From the NCBI RefSeq assembly GCF_009914755.1, contig NC_060935.1: DNA of 64,000 nucleotides, one strand, 5' to 3'. This DNA is from the human T2T-CHM13v2.0 reference genome, Homo sapiens. Positions 40,895 to 54,319 of the stretch are shown here, in pieces; position 1 is the stretch's first letter, and the number at the start of each line of letters is the position of its first letter. The position numbers and the translations under genes are program-made. Below the pieces are notes generated by a model. It was not told the DNA's origin. It did not search any database and worked only from the letters and a program-made list of their open reading frames with translations.

Positions 40895-41526
40895 TTTTAA
40901 ACAAGATGAGGTCTCAGTATGTTATCCGGGCTGGTCTTGAACTCTGTGGCCCAAGCAATCCTCCTGTCTCAGCCTCTCCAGCAGCTAGGATTGACACAGG
41001 ACAGGTGAGCCCCAGAATTGGGGCTTAGTCTGGGCAGGTTCTTGGCTTTGCCCAGAAAAGAATTCAAGGGTGAGCTGGTGGTGTTAGATAGCAGCTTTTA
41101 TTGAAGTGGCAGTGTACAGCAGCAGCAGAGGGACGGCTCCCTGCAGAGCAAGGCTACCCCATAAGCAGTGTGCCCAGAATAGCAGCTCAGGGGCAGTTCT
41201 ACAGTCACTTATACCCCCTTTTAATTATATGTAAATTAAGGGTGATTTATGCAGACATTTCTAGGAAAAGGGTAGTAACTTACAAGTCATTGGGTCATTG
41301 CCATGGAAAGGGGTGGTACCTTCTGGGTGCTGCCTGGCAATGGTAAACTGACCTGGCACACTAGTGGTCATGTCTTATGGGAAGCTGCCTCCCACCCCAG
41401 ACCTGTTTTAGCTAGTCCTCAACTTGGTCTGATGTCCAACTTCCACCTGTGGTGTCTGAGCCCTGCCTCTGGCCTCGAGTCCAACCTCCTACCTCAGGAT
41501 TCCAGGTGTGCATCACCATGCCCAGC
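40893..41526 (-). mobile_element. FLAM monomer split by an LTR (pieces 40893-40991 and 41497-41526)
   Basis: Alu text ...GCAGCTAGGAT resumes as GGATTCCAGGTGTGCATCACCATGCCCAGC after the LTR. Confidence 0.85.
40992..41496 (-). mobile_element. ERV1 solo LTR (MER66-like)
   Basis: TG...CA termini and a 4-bp TSD GGAT (40988-40991, 41497-41500). The minus strand starts TGAGGTAGGAGG. Confidence 0.85.
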
Positions 41527-41629
41527 TGAGACTTGGTCGTTGATTAGAACCATAGACCTTTAGAGCCAAAGGGTACTTATGACTGCTTATCTAGTGAGCA
41601 CCTTCATTTGGGAGAGGAGAAGTAGAAGT

Positions 41630-42900
41630 TTAACTCAGCTCTGAAAACATTCGTTGAGTGCTTACTTTTTGCCAGGTTGAGAGGTTGAGGGAGCAGCTAT
41701 AATGATGCATTATCCTCTCAAAGAGTTCCTGAGTAGTAAAGGGGTACAAACATATTAGAAGTCAATTTAAATACCCTGGGCGGTGCTGTGAAAAAGGTAA
41801 TAAGCATGGCGGCACCATGGGACCATGAAGGAAGTGGGACTTAGCCCAGTCTGTAGGGGAGGCTGGGGAAGATCTTCTGGATGAGAAAACCTAAGCTGAA
41901 TCTTAAAGGATAAATGAGAGTTAACCAGGAGAACGAGACTTCTGGAGTGAGGCTTTGGACATTCTGAGAAGAGGGGAAAATGTGACCAAAGATAAAGTGG
42001 CTGGAAACAGATAGTATGTGTCTGGGAACTAAGGGTAGGCCAATATTAATAGAATGTAAAGTATACATTCTATACTCAAGAAGGCTTGTGCCGTGGAGAT
42101 TTTATTCTGTAGGCTCTGGGGAATCACTGAATGGGTTTAAGCAAGAGAATAACATAATTGGATTTGGGTTTGGGGAGAATCATTGTGGAGGATGACGTTG
42201 ACAGGGATAAGATTGAAGGCAGGAGAGCCTGTTGGGAGGCTTCTGCCATCATCCAGGCAAGAGATGACCCAGGGCGGTGGCAGGCGTGGGTCAAGGATGG
42301 AGCAGAGGGACTCCCAGCATATAATGGGCAGGAGAAAATTAGGTGTCTAAGCAAAAGCCTACCCAGAGAGATAAAGAAAGATTAGAAAAGAGAGTCAAGA
42401 AGAGAATTTCCAGAGGAACAAGTGATCAGCTGTGTTAAAGGCAGCTGAAGGATCCAATGAGATAAAGACTGAAAAGTGGTCAGAGCCGTGCTCCTTAAAA
42501 TGTGATTCATGGGCCAGCAGTACCAGTGATATCTGGGAACTTGTTAGGAGTGCAAGATCCTGCTCTTCACTAAGAAACATATTCTGGATATAAAAATGGT
42601 TGTTGATGACCCTGACATTATCATCTTCATTGGCATGGTTGAGATAGAATCAACATTGCAGTAAATTTAGGAGTTAATGGGAAATGAGACGGTGGAAATA
42701 ATATAGTCTTGCAAGAAACTTGGCTAAGGTAGGAAAGAGAGAAATTGTTAGAGATGGATATAAGTTAAGACATAGTTTTAGTATGGCAGAGACTTGACCA
42801 CCTGTTTTTTAGCTTAAAGCAAAGTATAGACAGTTTGAGGTTTATGAGGAAGTTGGATAATGGGTGATAGTGAGTCCTGGAGGAAACCAGAGGGGTTGGA
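41630..42900 (-). mobile_element. L2 LINE with a MER5-like insert (~42480-42590)
   Basis: CATTCGTTGAGTGCTTAC; GGGTTTAAGCAAGAGAATAACATAATTGGATTTG; CCAGGCAAGAGATGA. Confidence 0.75.
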
Positions 42901-43166
42901 AAATAGGTAAAGTGGCTTTATTTCTTTAAATTATTTTTTAAAAATTTTAGACTTCAATAATTTAATCATGCAATTTTGTGGTTAGAAAGAGGTTGTAGTG
43001 ACTATAAATTGACATAGGATATGTAGACACAAGATCAGAAAGAGCAACTAACTCCAGCCTGCAGTTTACACACAGTGGCTTCTGCAAGGTTGATCCATTT
43101 GGCCAAAGTTGTCCATAGCACCTTGTAGGTAGAGACTTGTGATAAGTGGATCAAGCATTCAAAGAA

Positions 43167-43460
43167 GCCGGGCACGGTGGCTCACACCTGTAATTCCAGC
43201 ACTTTGGGAGGCTGAGGCGGGCAGATCACTTGAGGTCAGGAGTTGGAGACCAGCCTGGCCAACATGGTGAAACCCCGTCTCTGCGAAAAATACAAAAATT
43301 AGCCAGGTGTGGTGGCAGACACCTATAATTCAAGCTACTTCAGAGGCTGAGGTGAGAGAATCGCTTGAACCCAGAAGGCAGAGGTTGTAGTGAGCCAAGA
43401 TTGCACCCTTGCACTACGGCCTGGGCAACAGAGCAAGACTCTGTCTCAAAAAAAAAAAAA
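43167..43460 (+). mobile_element. Alu (AluSz/Sx-like)
   Basis: TSD AAGCATTCAAAGAA at 43153-43166 and 43461-43474. Confidence 0.95.
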
Positions 43461-43689
43461 AAGCATTCAAAGAAATGAAGGCCAACTTCCAGAACATGTG
43501 GTTGACAGTGGTTTTTTTTTTTTCAGATAAAATAAATATGCAAAAGACATAAATATCCTTACATAGAAGTGTATGAACAAATATAAATCATCATAGTGTA
43601 TGGGATGAGGTGAAATGACTGCCATTTTAGAGGTGTGAAGCTTGGCTTTCCATCCAACTATGTGTCTCAGGGTTTCCTTAAGAGGCATC

Positions 43690-44100
43690 GCTGTATACCA
43701 GCAGAAGCCTGCAGCTTTGGGGGCACAGACCTGGCTTGAATTCTCAGTCCCTTACTTCTTAGCATGTTAGCTTGGGCACATTGCTTAGACACACTGAGCA
43801 TTTGTTTCCCCATTCCAAAAAAAAAAGGCATACTCACTACACAGGATTGTTATGATGACTAAAAGACAAAGTGTGCATGTAAACTGTCAGGGATATCATA
43901 CTATTATAGGCCTGATAAGCATCCAACAGCTGTTTGAATGCATAAATGAGTGAGTGAATGTAAAAATCAGTGCATGACTAGGCAGGCCGTTTAATATTCA
44001 AATGTCACTGTTTCCCCATCTGTAAAAAAAAGGGCTAATAATGGTGCCCTTTCATTTATAGTATTTTATACAGAGAAAAATGAGCTATTCATGAAAATGC
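43690..44100 (+). mobile_element. MIR fragments and an L2 terminus
   Basis: GACCTGGCTTGAATTCTCAG, TGTTTCCCCATCTGTAAAA, TGAATGCATAAATGAGTGAGTGAATG. Confidence 0.6.
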
Positions 44101-45212
44101 TGTTAATGAAATTTAATGTTTCAGAAATTAAAGCAATCAATCCACTATTTTGTAAATACTGGGGAGACTTCAGTGGTCAGAGGATTAACTGGTTGGTTAA
44201 CTCTCTTTGTCTCAGGTTCCCAGCAGATCCTCTAAAGGAGAAATCAGTGAATTAATCACTCAGTCAACAACTGCTACTTGAATGCCTAAGCTATGGAAGA
44301 TGCCATTGTAGACACAGAGGGAGATCCAAACCAAACAACAACAAAAACCCTGGGAGTCCTTGTCCTCAAGGAGCTTAAAGTCTATCAGAACATAAGACAT
44401 TCCAGGAAGGAAGTGATTCAGGCCAAGTGAGGAGCCAAACAGCACACAGTGAAGAAGGTATTCAGATGAGGAGAATGGTATTTGCAAATCAACTCTATAT
44501 GCAAATGCATATTTGGAGAAGTAGGCATGTAGTAAGACCAGGTGGAATACTAATGGTGTCCTTGAAAGAAGGCTCAGCTGTCCTCGTGTTGCAATGGCCT
44601 CACCTGCGGCTCTGCTGCTTTACAGAGCTCCCAGCTCAAGTGGGTTTTTCCAGCCCCTTTGGGTTCCCCAGTCAGGTGGCCACTGTCAGTCATTTACTTT
44701 GAAATTGTTTCTTCTACTGCACTCCTAATTGCTTATAAAATAGGTGGTGGAAGAAATTGAAGTGGATATATTAGGGCAGTGTTGCAAACTTAATTTTTAT
44801 CATGGGGATGAGATGGCCTTGCACTGGCTCATATTTAAAGGCTTGTGTGAAATCTAGATGTCTCTGCATGTTATTCCTAGTTCCTCCAGGAGGCTGCTAC
44901 TGGTTTCTCAGCCTTCAGGAGAGGCAGCCTTTACTCTTGCACCACCATTTTCCAACATACCGTAGGCCACAGTCCCCACTCGGCACTCTGGGAGTGTTTC
45001 CCCAGCTAGAGGTGGTGGTGCCCCGCTTCCCCTTATGACTGTCCATTTTACGTTTGCCATACAACTGGCTGGCATTTCCTACTATAGATTTTATGTGGAA
45101 TTTCCAGTGCCTGGATGGGAAAACAGTAACTTAGCCCTCATCCTGCTTCTTGCTGAAATAGTCTTTGGTTGCTTTCATTACAATTGGAGTTTGGATCACA
45201 TGGCAAATTGTA

Positions 45213-45432
45213 TTTTTTAAATATTTTTTAGAGACAGGATCTCATTCTGTTGCCCAGGCTGGAGTACAGTGGTGTGATCATAGCTTACTGCAGTCTTGAA
45301 CTCCTGGGCTCAAGTGACCCTCCTGCCTTAGCCTCCTGAGTAGATAGATGGGACTACAGATGTGTGCTGCCATGCCCAGCTAATTTTTAAGATTTATCTC
45401 AGAGACAGGGTCTTGCTATGTTGCCCAGGCTA
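45213..45432 (-). mobile_element. Alu (AluJ-like), 5'-truncated
   Basis: GTGATCATAGCTTACTGCAGTCTTGAACTCCTGGGCTCAAG. Confidence 0.9.
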
Positions 45433-45608
45433 ACTAGTACTTTTCTGAAAGGCACAGAAAGGTCAGCAGGTATAAGGACACCACCAGAACAAGGGTTTGG
45501 AGTCCTGCACTGGAAATCCACTCTAATGAATGATTCTATCAAAGATTTCATGAAAAATAATCCAGTATCTATGTTGTCCTGAAATTTTCAACAAGGACCA
45601 CTGTGGAG

Positions 45609-45670
45609 ACCCATACCTACACACATTGCTACACTCATTGCTACACCCATACCTACACACATTGCTACAC
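45609..45670. repeat. 12-bp minisatellite, 5 units
   Basis: ACCCATACCTAC / ACACATTGCTAC / ACTCATTGCTAC / ACCCATACCTAC / ACACATTGCTAC. Confidence 0.9.
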
Positions 45671-47229
45671 AGCCATTTTGGTCACGGTTCTGAATGACGT
45701 TGCCACGTCCTGAAGAAAACCCCAGTCAGCTTGGAGAGGGCAGCGAGGGAGGCTGCAGGCTGACGGGGTGAACAGTGCACCATCCACAGATTACAAGGGC
45801 ATGCCTGTCTCATGCGCCAACCAAAATGATGGTGGGACTCAGTATCACTCCATGTGACACTTATCACCTTGCTTTGGGTGATTAGAACCAATTAAGAGGG
45901 TGACACATAGCAGAGATGGAGAAAGAAAACACAAGGGCATCAGTTTTTCCCCTTTTGCCCAAGAGAGAAAGCAAGTGTCTGCCATCTGCCCACTTCCTAA
46001 GTCCACTTTCAAATTGCTGGATAACCTTTAGTTTGTCAGTTGACCTTTCCGGGCTTTTCCCTGCCTCCCACTTGGTTGATAAAACAACAGTGATGTTACC
46101 TGTTCTGCGAGAGTAATGTTGGCTAATAAGCCTGGTGGGAAATTCTTTTCTCTTCTGAGGGCCTTGCTGTTATTTCATGTTTCATTCCCAGGAAGACACA
46201 AAGCCTGTCCATTTGGTGTGAGCAGTGAATGGAGGATTCCGACAGGTGCCCTTGCAAGCTTCCTGGTGGAGGAGCCATTCCGAGGGCATCAGTCTTGTTT
46301 TGATCTTTTCTCAGATGGAAGACTTGAATGGAGCACTCTCTCAGCCTGTTTAGGGGGCTCTTTGATCTTGCTGTGCCTAATAGGCAGAACTCTCTTCTCT
46401 TTTTCCTCTGAGGACAAAAATAAACATAGATGCTGAGTTTGTGAACAGCTGCATAAACAATGCAATTTGGAAGTATGCAAAAATATGTGGGTTATATATA
46501 CATCCATACGTATAGCCTCTTGATCTGACTTTTGCATCCTTGTGACCACCGCTTGATCTGAGAGACATTTCCATCTGATGCAATGATATCCAGTCCCTTT
46601 TAATGCTCCAAGGGATTTAAGGCCTCAGAGCATTTGGACAGAAGCATTTCTTTCCTCTGGATGTGGCTCAATTCTGGGATATCCCGACTACAGCACAATA
46701 AAATAACTCTCCTTAATGTGCCAAGAGTAGGCTACTCACACTCTTGAGGGTAGTTGACTTGGGTTAATTTTCTAGAAGGGGTGATGATAGAGTTTGCAAG
46801 TCTGAAACCAAACTCATCACCTTTCTGCTACCGCTGCCTCCTAGGGAACCCTTTCTTTTGACATCCATCCCTATTTATTTAATGGGATCCCCATTTGTCC
46901 CCTCACATAGGCATGGGGCTCCAAGTACCCTTTATTTATCTCCTTCACTCCTTACCTCTGATTAGTCTTTATAAACTATAGTTCTTTTTTGTTTATTTCT
47001 TCATTGATACTTTTAGTTCAGGCCATTATTACCAGCACTAGTATTGTGGCAGTTCCATAACTGACAATATAACTTTACACTTTAAGATGATAGATAAAAT
47101 GTGATTGTTTGGGGAATACAGATGACAGAACAGAGAGTACTGACATATCCTTTAGGCTCTCGGGAGAACATAGAAGAAATGATGACTTTCAATAGGCAAA
47201 AATGGTTTAAAGTTTAGAAATTCTATTTT

Positions 47230-47630
47230 GCATTCTGACCCTAGTCTCCACGTCATGCATGGTTTTGTATTTGTGCCTCTGTTGCGATGTCCCCTCTGCC
47301 TAGAATGCTTGCAATTCTTTCTTCTACCAATCAGAGTTATCTCTGTTACTCAGAGTCCAGATCATGTACCATCTCCTTCCCTGACCACTCCAGGCAGAAG
47401 TATTTGCTCTTGCTGCTGATTTCTAGAATGCTTATATTCTTTAGTCCACATTTAAGTGATTGTCTTGCTTTATAGGTACCTATGTATGTTACTTATCTAT
47501 CTCATTACTAGATTATGAATTCCTGGACAAAGAGGTTTTTTTCTTAAACATATTTGTTACCTACTGAGCATAGCACAGTGCCTCGCCTATGGTAACTCTA
47601 AATCAATATTTAAAAAATAATAAATGGATG
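47230..47630 (+). mobile_element. L2 3' fragment
   Basis: CCCTCTGCCTAGAATGC...CTAGATTATGAATTCCT...TAGCACAGTGCCT. Confidence 0.65.
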
Positions 47631-49109
47631 GTACTAAATCATGATAAACACACATTCATCTGAAATTCCTTGTGCCCATTGTTTTAAACAAACATTTAAG
47701 GAGCTCTTCATTCATAAAAGTCACACAAATCTCATTTAATTCTTACAGTAATCCTACAGCAAGTTTCTTTTGTCTTTATTACTTTTGTCTTCATTTTCAC
47801 AGTTTAGAAAAATGGCTCAAAGAGATTAATTCCTTCAGGGCTACCCAACTTGGTAGTAGCAGAGTCTAAACACAAATTCAGGTCTACCCGACACCAGAGT
47901 GCACACTCATATTCCCGGGCTGTATTGTTCCTTGGGTGACCTATGTAGAGATACAAGGTGAATAAGGCACAGTTCCAGCTTCTAAGGAGCCTCCAGCTAG
48001 TGGGGAGACAGATGTGCAAGCAACAGTTGTATTGCAGTAACATAGCTAGTGTAGGAGAGGTGGCTGCTGTGACAGTGCTTGGGGAGGTGGAGGAGGGAGG
48101 ACACTGCAGGCACCTCCCAAGGCTCTGCTCTCTGAGAAGGGACCCTGAAGGAGGTGGACCCCCCAGTCCTGGGCTAACCAGCCTCAACGGTGATTGAGTT
48201 CATAACTGCCTCTTTAGTTCAGTTGAGCCTGCATGTCATGGCAAACTAGGACATCGACCCTCAGTTTTTGGATTCACATGAAATAATTGATGATGATGAT
48301 GTTGATGATGACAGAATGGGAGCAAAGGGACCACTGGAGTAATTAAAGAACTGGTTTTATAGGAATATTTTAAAAATCAGGTTAAAAAAATGCAACTGTG
48401 ACTTTCTTCTGTTTTCAAGTATCCAACCCATGGAGTTGGAAGCACTTAGTGGGCAGCTAATTAATAAAGCTGACAGTGGTCTACTTTATATCCTACTACG
48501 GGAAGGATATTCTAGGATATGTTGGGCACACACCTCTGCTCTTGCGTATATTCCAGTATAGACTCTAAGTCCTACAGCTTGCGAATGGGACCTCAGAAGT
48601 CACTTGTTTAACCTCCTGCATGCTGCAGAGCCTTCACCCACAGAGCCTCAGAGCCTCCATGGTGGTCTCAGTCTCTGCTTGAATACGGCTGGTGGAGAGG
48701 ACAGCTTCCTATAACCCTACTCAGTCACATCAGACCAAACTCCTACATCTTCATGTAACACATTTGAGAAACCTCAGTTGAGCACCTGTTTTGCGTATGA
48801 TGCTATTTACTAGTGATACAAGTTGAAGAAGACACAGCTTTCCCTCATTAGGGGCTCATTTAGTTCTATTAGCAATTCCTTAGATGACATTGTTTCCAAA
48901 CCCATCCCTGTTCTCAATACCCTCTTTTGCAGAGTTACAGGTCATTTAAAACCTGACTTCAAAATTGGACATAACACTTTATGCACAGTCTATGCTTTGC
49001 ACTTCTGTTGAGACTTGCGCTAGGATCAGCCCAAATCCCATGTTTTACTCATCCCCACTTCACAGACAGCTGTGAAATCAGATGTTTTTCATATTATACT
49101 TATTAGTGG

Positions 49110-49512
49110 ATAATACAGTTCAGTAAACTTTGAGTACCTACTAAATATGCAGCACTCTACTAAATGTTGTCTCGAAAATATGATTCTGGACTAAGATGCA
49201 GTTTTTGGATTCAAGTTCAGTCCAGTAGGAAAGACATGCATAAACAGAAATTATCCATACAGTGTGGTAGGGGTGTGATAAAAATGCATGCAAGATGCTC
49301 ATCAAACACGGAGGAAAGGCTCTTACCCCTCACTTGCAGTGGAGGAGGGTGTGGATGGGGTCAGAGAAGCACCCTGGAGGATTTGGCGCCTCTGTTAAAG
49401 GTTGGAGCACAGGCTGGGCGCGGTGGCTCACACCTGTAATCCCGGCACTTTGGGAGGCCAAGGCGGGCCGATCATGAGGTAAGGAGATTGAGACAGAGCC
49501 AGACTCCGTCTC

Positions 49513-49543
<31 letters not shown>

Positions 49544-49740
49544 GGAGCACAGATGAAAGCTAACCAAGTGAAGAAGGAGAAGCGGGCAAACAGAACAACC
49601 TCTGCAGGAGTATGGCATGGAAAGGCCTGGGGCATTTGGGGGACTGACAGAAGGACTAGAACAATACATTTGGTGATTAGAGAAGAAGCTAAAGAGATTG
49701 GATTCCTGAAAGCCACTGGAAGATATATTCGGTTCTGTTG
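49110..49740 (-). mobile_element. L2 fragment hosting a short Alu
   Basis: TTGAGTACCTACTAAATATGCAGCACT...GGCATGGAAAGGCC. Confidence 0.6.
49412..49540 (+). mobile_element. Internally deleted Alu (AluY/Sc-like), ~100 bp + A28
   Basis: The left-arm 5' part joins the right-arm 3' end at GAC (49492-49494). TSD GTTGGAGCACA at 49401-49411 and 49541-49551. Confidence 0.9.
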
Positions 49741-49974
49741 ATGTTAGTCCATTTTAAGCTTTAAAAATCCCGATGATGTCATGCAATACATTACTTTTTT
49801 TGTGACATGAGATTTGATAGAATACCTTTTTTGTTTCTAGACACATTTTAGTAAAAATTTAGTAAAAATATTGAAAAAGGAATAATAAAACAAGGACCAC
49901 AGCCCCTCACAGGCCCTAGAAGATAGCCATTAATCAACCCGCACAGGGATGCTTAGCTCACAGTGCGTCGGTTT

Positions 49975-50395
49975 TGTTCCTGCATGACCTGGCCCTGCCT
50001 GTCTCTTCACTGTGCTTCATCCACATCCTCTTTGCTGTTCCTAGAACATAAGCTTTTCCGTGTTTCTGGCTCTTAACCTATGTTGTTCCACTCTCTGGAA
50101 CACTCTCTGGCTGGTGCTTTTCAGCCTTTCGATTTCTTCTGAAATGTCTCCTCTTTGGAGACTATCTCGGCCTCCCCACCCTCAGCCTCCCCCATACATG
50201 CTCCATCACTGAAGCCTGTTTATTCCTTTCATGGTACAGTATTTACCCCAAGTCATGATTAAATATCTGTTTATATATTTCTTTATTGGATTATTTGTTT
50301 ATTTTTCTCTCTCTAGACTGCAAGCTCCTTGAGCAGACCATGTTTATTTTGTCTACCACAGGTGCTCAATAAATATTTTTGACTATTTATTACAT
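49975..50395 (+). mobile_element. L2 3' end
   Basis: CTAGACTGCAAGCTCCTTGAG...AGGTGCTCAATAAATATTT. Confidence 0.75.
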
Positions 50396-51239
50396 GAGAA
50401 GGTTTCCATGCAAACACCCATTGAATACGATTGAACTTGAACCCTAAGAGATGGGCTGTGACCTTTGTTGCCCTCGAACTAATCAAAGGGGAGTGATATT
50501 CACCATCCAGAATCTAGAATAACTTAGACCTTGTGGGCCAGGAGCTAGCTACCCATATGATAATACAAGAGCTCTCAGAGAAATCATGGAAGTTTTGAGC
50601 AATCTCTCTCTCCCTTTGCTAATTTACTTTTCAAAACTGAAGTATAATGGAATAACTTCCCCACCTCTCAAATGTCAGCATGCTCTGAAATTTCATGTTC
50701 TCTCAGGCGAGCGATTCATGTTTTCCATCCCACCCACCGTTCTCTGCCTTGTGTTTAAGGATGTGAGTGATAGTCTATCTACTAGTCTAGGATGCTACTG
50801 AAAAGTAAAGCAACCAAATACTTGCTTTTAGTGAATTCTTCAGTGTGTTTTTTTTAAGGGCTCAAGCACAATTTTTAAACGGTCTGTTCTAGGATCTCTA
50901 TCATCCCCCACCACATACACATTCCCCCCACCCTCCAGGGGCTTGGTAACCAAGCTGACTAAACCATAGGCTTGTTTCTCTTTTATGAAACAGGAACATC
51001 TTTTAGATGACGTGGTGAAAAGTGAATATATTTGATGGGATAATTGCTGTCCATTCACCATTTTTAGGATTGATAACTTTGGAAGAGCTGGTAAAGGTTA
51101 AGTTCTGCCTTAGAGAAACTTTTACCAGTAGCTGTTCTTTTATTGTGCTTTTATTGTGATATCAAAAGTGCACGTGGCCTGGTTTGATTTTTTCCCCTCT
51201 TTGCAAACTTTTAGGACTTGATTTCCATCCTGTTTCCTG

Positions 51240-52010
51240 AAACTTTAAAATTATCTGCATTTTGGTGAGTCTTTTTTCATTCATTGTTAAGATGGCCAAT
51301 TCATCTTATTCACCTGCAGTTAAGAAATATTCTGTTATAGTCTTTTATTTATAATTTCCTCCATTATTTTTTCTTGGAATTTCTACCAATTGGATATTAC
51401 AAGTCCTAGGTTGATCCACTAATTTTCTTATCTTTCTCTTCCCATTTCTCTACTTTGTATTCTGACTCTGTGTCCTATCTTAGAACCTTGACTTAACTTA
51501 TATGGGCCTTAATAGCCTCATCTATAAAATGGAATTATTGATGGTACCTTTTTACAAAGATCAAATGTCAATGTACATTTACAAATGAATAGAAAATGTT
51601 TATGGAACAGTACCTAGTGTTGTTAATATTACTTTCTACAGATTTGTCTTTGCTCTACTATTGTTAATATTATATTCTATATCCTTGCGTTTTAATCTAT
51701 TTTTTATTTTTTCCTCAATTTGATCTTCCAGCTGTCTTCTACTTTGAAAATTCAGCTATCATATTTTTATTTTCCAAAAGTTATTTCTTGTTCTCGAATT
51801 GTTTCCTTTTTGAAATCACATACTATTTCCTGGATACAGTATTTTTTCTCATCTCTCTGAGGATGTTAATGACAGCTTTCTTTATAAGTTTTTCTTCTAC
51901 CCCCTGAATTCCCTCTGATTATGCCAGTTTCCTTTTTTCCACCTGTTTGTTTGATTTCTGTCTTTCATGTTTGAGGCTTTCCTCAGATGTTTAGTGACTT
52001 GGGCCGTCTC
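51240..52010 (-). mobile_element. Old L1M fragment with a MIR inside (~51490-51620)
   Basis: T-rich antisense L1 text (TCTCATCTCTCTGAGGATGTTAAT) and CCTCATCTATAAAATGG. Confidence 0.5.
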
Positions 52011-52582
52011 TTTATCTGCAGGAATGAAGCTCTGAGACACTGAATGGGAGGGGTGTGTGGGGCTGTGTGTGCATGAATGAATATGTGCACACCCTGTGGG
52101 CCAGCAGGCCTCCCTATAGGGTCCAGGCAGGGAGCAGGCTGTTAGTTGGGAGCCTATAAACACCAGAGCCAGTAGGTCATTTACGGTGGCCATTTGGTTT
52201 CACTGGAGAAGAATCCCCCAGTTTTCTGCCAGCAGGTGGGGTGAAGATACATGTCTGCTTCTGGGATTGAGAGGGTTGAGTCACAGCAGGGTTCACCCCA
52301 CAGTTCTGCACACAGCCATCCATTAAACTCTCTGCCCTCTGCTGTGCGTGACTCTGCCTGGTCCAGACCCTCTTCAGATCCTGAACTATTGAAATCATGT
52401 TCTCCTCACAGTATACACGGTGCAGCCACAGTATAGCCAAGCCCAAATTATAACAAGATTGTTTCCAAGTACATTCTTAGACAGGCTTGAAATAGGTCTG
52501 TAATACACAGATGTCCCAGTCTCTCTGTTGGTGCTATGGTGACACTCTATGTGGAGCAGAGTGTTTAAAGAATAGCAGAGTG

Positions 52583-52939
<357 letters not shown>

Positions 52940-53197
52940 TTATGCTCAGCAAATAGCACTTTCAGGGGAGCTTTGCTTACATGGCAATTCTGTAAGTGAA
53001 TTGCGGGCTCATGGGCTGGATGATATCAGGAAGAAAATAGTAAGAATCGGGATGAAGCCCATGTAAAGGAAAGTTAGAGAAAAAGGGTTTACATACCCAA
53101 AGACAGAAGCACTGAGAGACTTCATTATAGTCTGCAACTTGCCAATTAGCAAGTCAAGAAGAATTTGTTGACTTTTGATGTGTGCTGGGAGCTGAGC

Positions 53198-53340
53198 TAC
53201 TTCTCAGCTCTGGCCACACGGCAGAATCACCAGGCCCGGCCACAGGCCAATTAAATTAGAATCTCTGCGGGTGGGGCCTCAGCATTAATATTTTTTAAAG
53301 GCTCACAAGGTCTTTTGAATTGCAGCTGGGATCGAGACTC
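53198..53340. mobile_element. MER5A-like hAT element
   Basis: CAATTAAATTAGAATCTCTGCGGGTGGGGCC...TATTTTTTAAAG. Confidence 0.65.
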
Positions 53341-53483
53341 ATAGGAATGGCGCCTCTCTGGAAGAGCATCAGATAGAAAATAGGACTCCTGTCCTTTCGA
53401 GGAACTCGGTTGGAGCTTGAAATTTAACATGCAAAATTTAAGCAACATATAAAGTGTTTATAAGTGCCAAAGAAGTAGTTTAT

Positions 53484-53785
<302 letters not shown>

Positions 53786-53855
53786 AAAGAAGTAGTTTAT
53801 AAAATATAGGTAGATGATTTTGAATAGGGAGTTACTTTGGTACTTGGAATGTTTA

Positions 53856-54310
53856 TGATTCAGGACAGGCAAGACCCCAAATTGGGACTAAGCCTGGAAG
53901 GGTTCTCGGCTTTGCCTAGGAAAGAATTCAAGGGCAAGGCAGTGGTATTAAACAGCAACGATTATTGAAACAGCAGTGTACAGCAGCAACAGAGGTCCTG
54001 CTCCTTGCAGAGCAGGCAGTGTGCCCAGAGCAGCAGCTCAAAGGCAGTCTGCACTCACATTGATACCCACTTTTAATTATATGCAAATTAAGGGGCAATT
54101 TATGCAGAAATTTCTAGGAAGAGGGCGGTAACTTCTGGGTCATCTGGTCATTGCTGTGGAAAGGGGTGGTAACGTCTAGCTGTTGCCATGGCAATGGAAA
54201 ACACGTGGCACACACTGGTGGGTGTGTCTTATGGAAAGCTGCTTCTGTCTCGGCCCTGTTGCAGCTAGTCCTCACTTTGGTCCTGTATCCAGGTCCCACC
54301 TCTTACCTCA
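53856..54310 (-). mobile_element. ERV1 solo LTR (MER66-like), second copy
   Basis: Colinear with 40992-41496 (AAAGAATTCAAGGG, GCAGTGTACAGCAGCA, TTTCTAGGAA, GCTAGTCCTCA). TG...CA ends, flanks TTTA/GTTA. Confidence 0.85.
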
Positions 54311-54319
54311 GTTAGGGAC

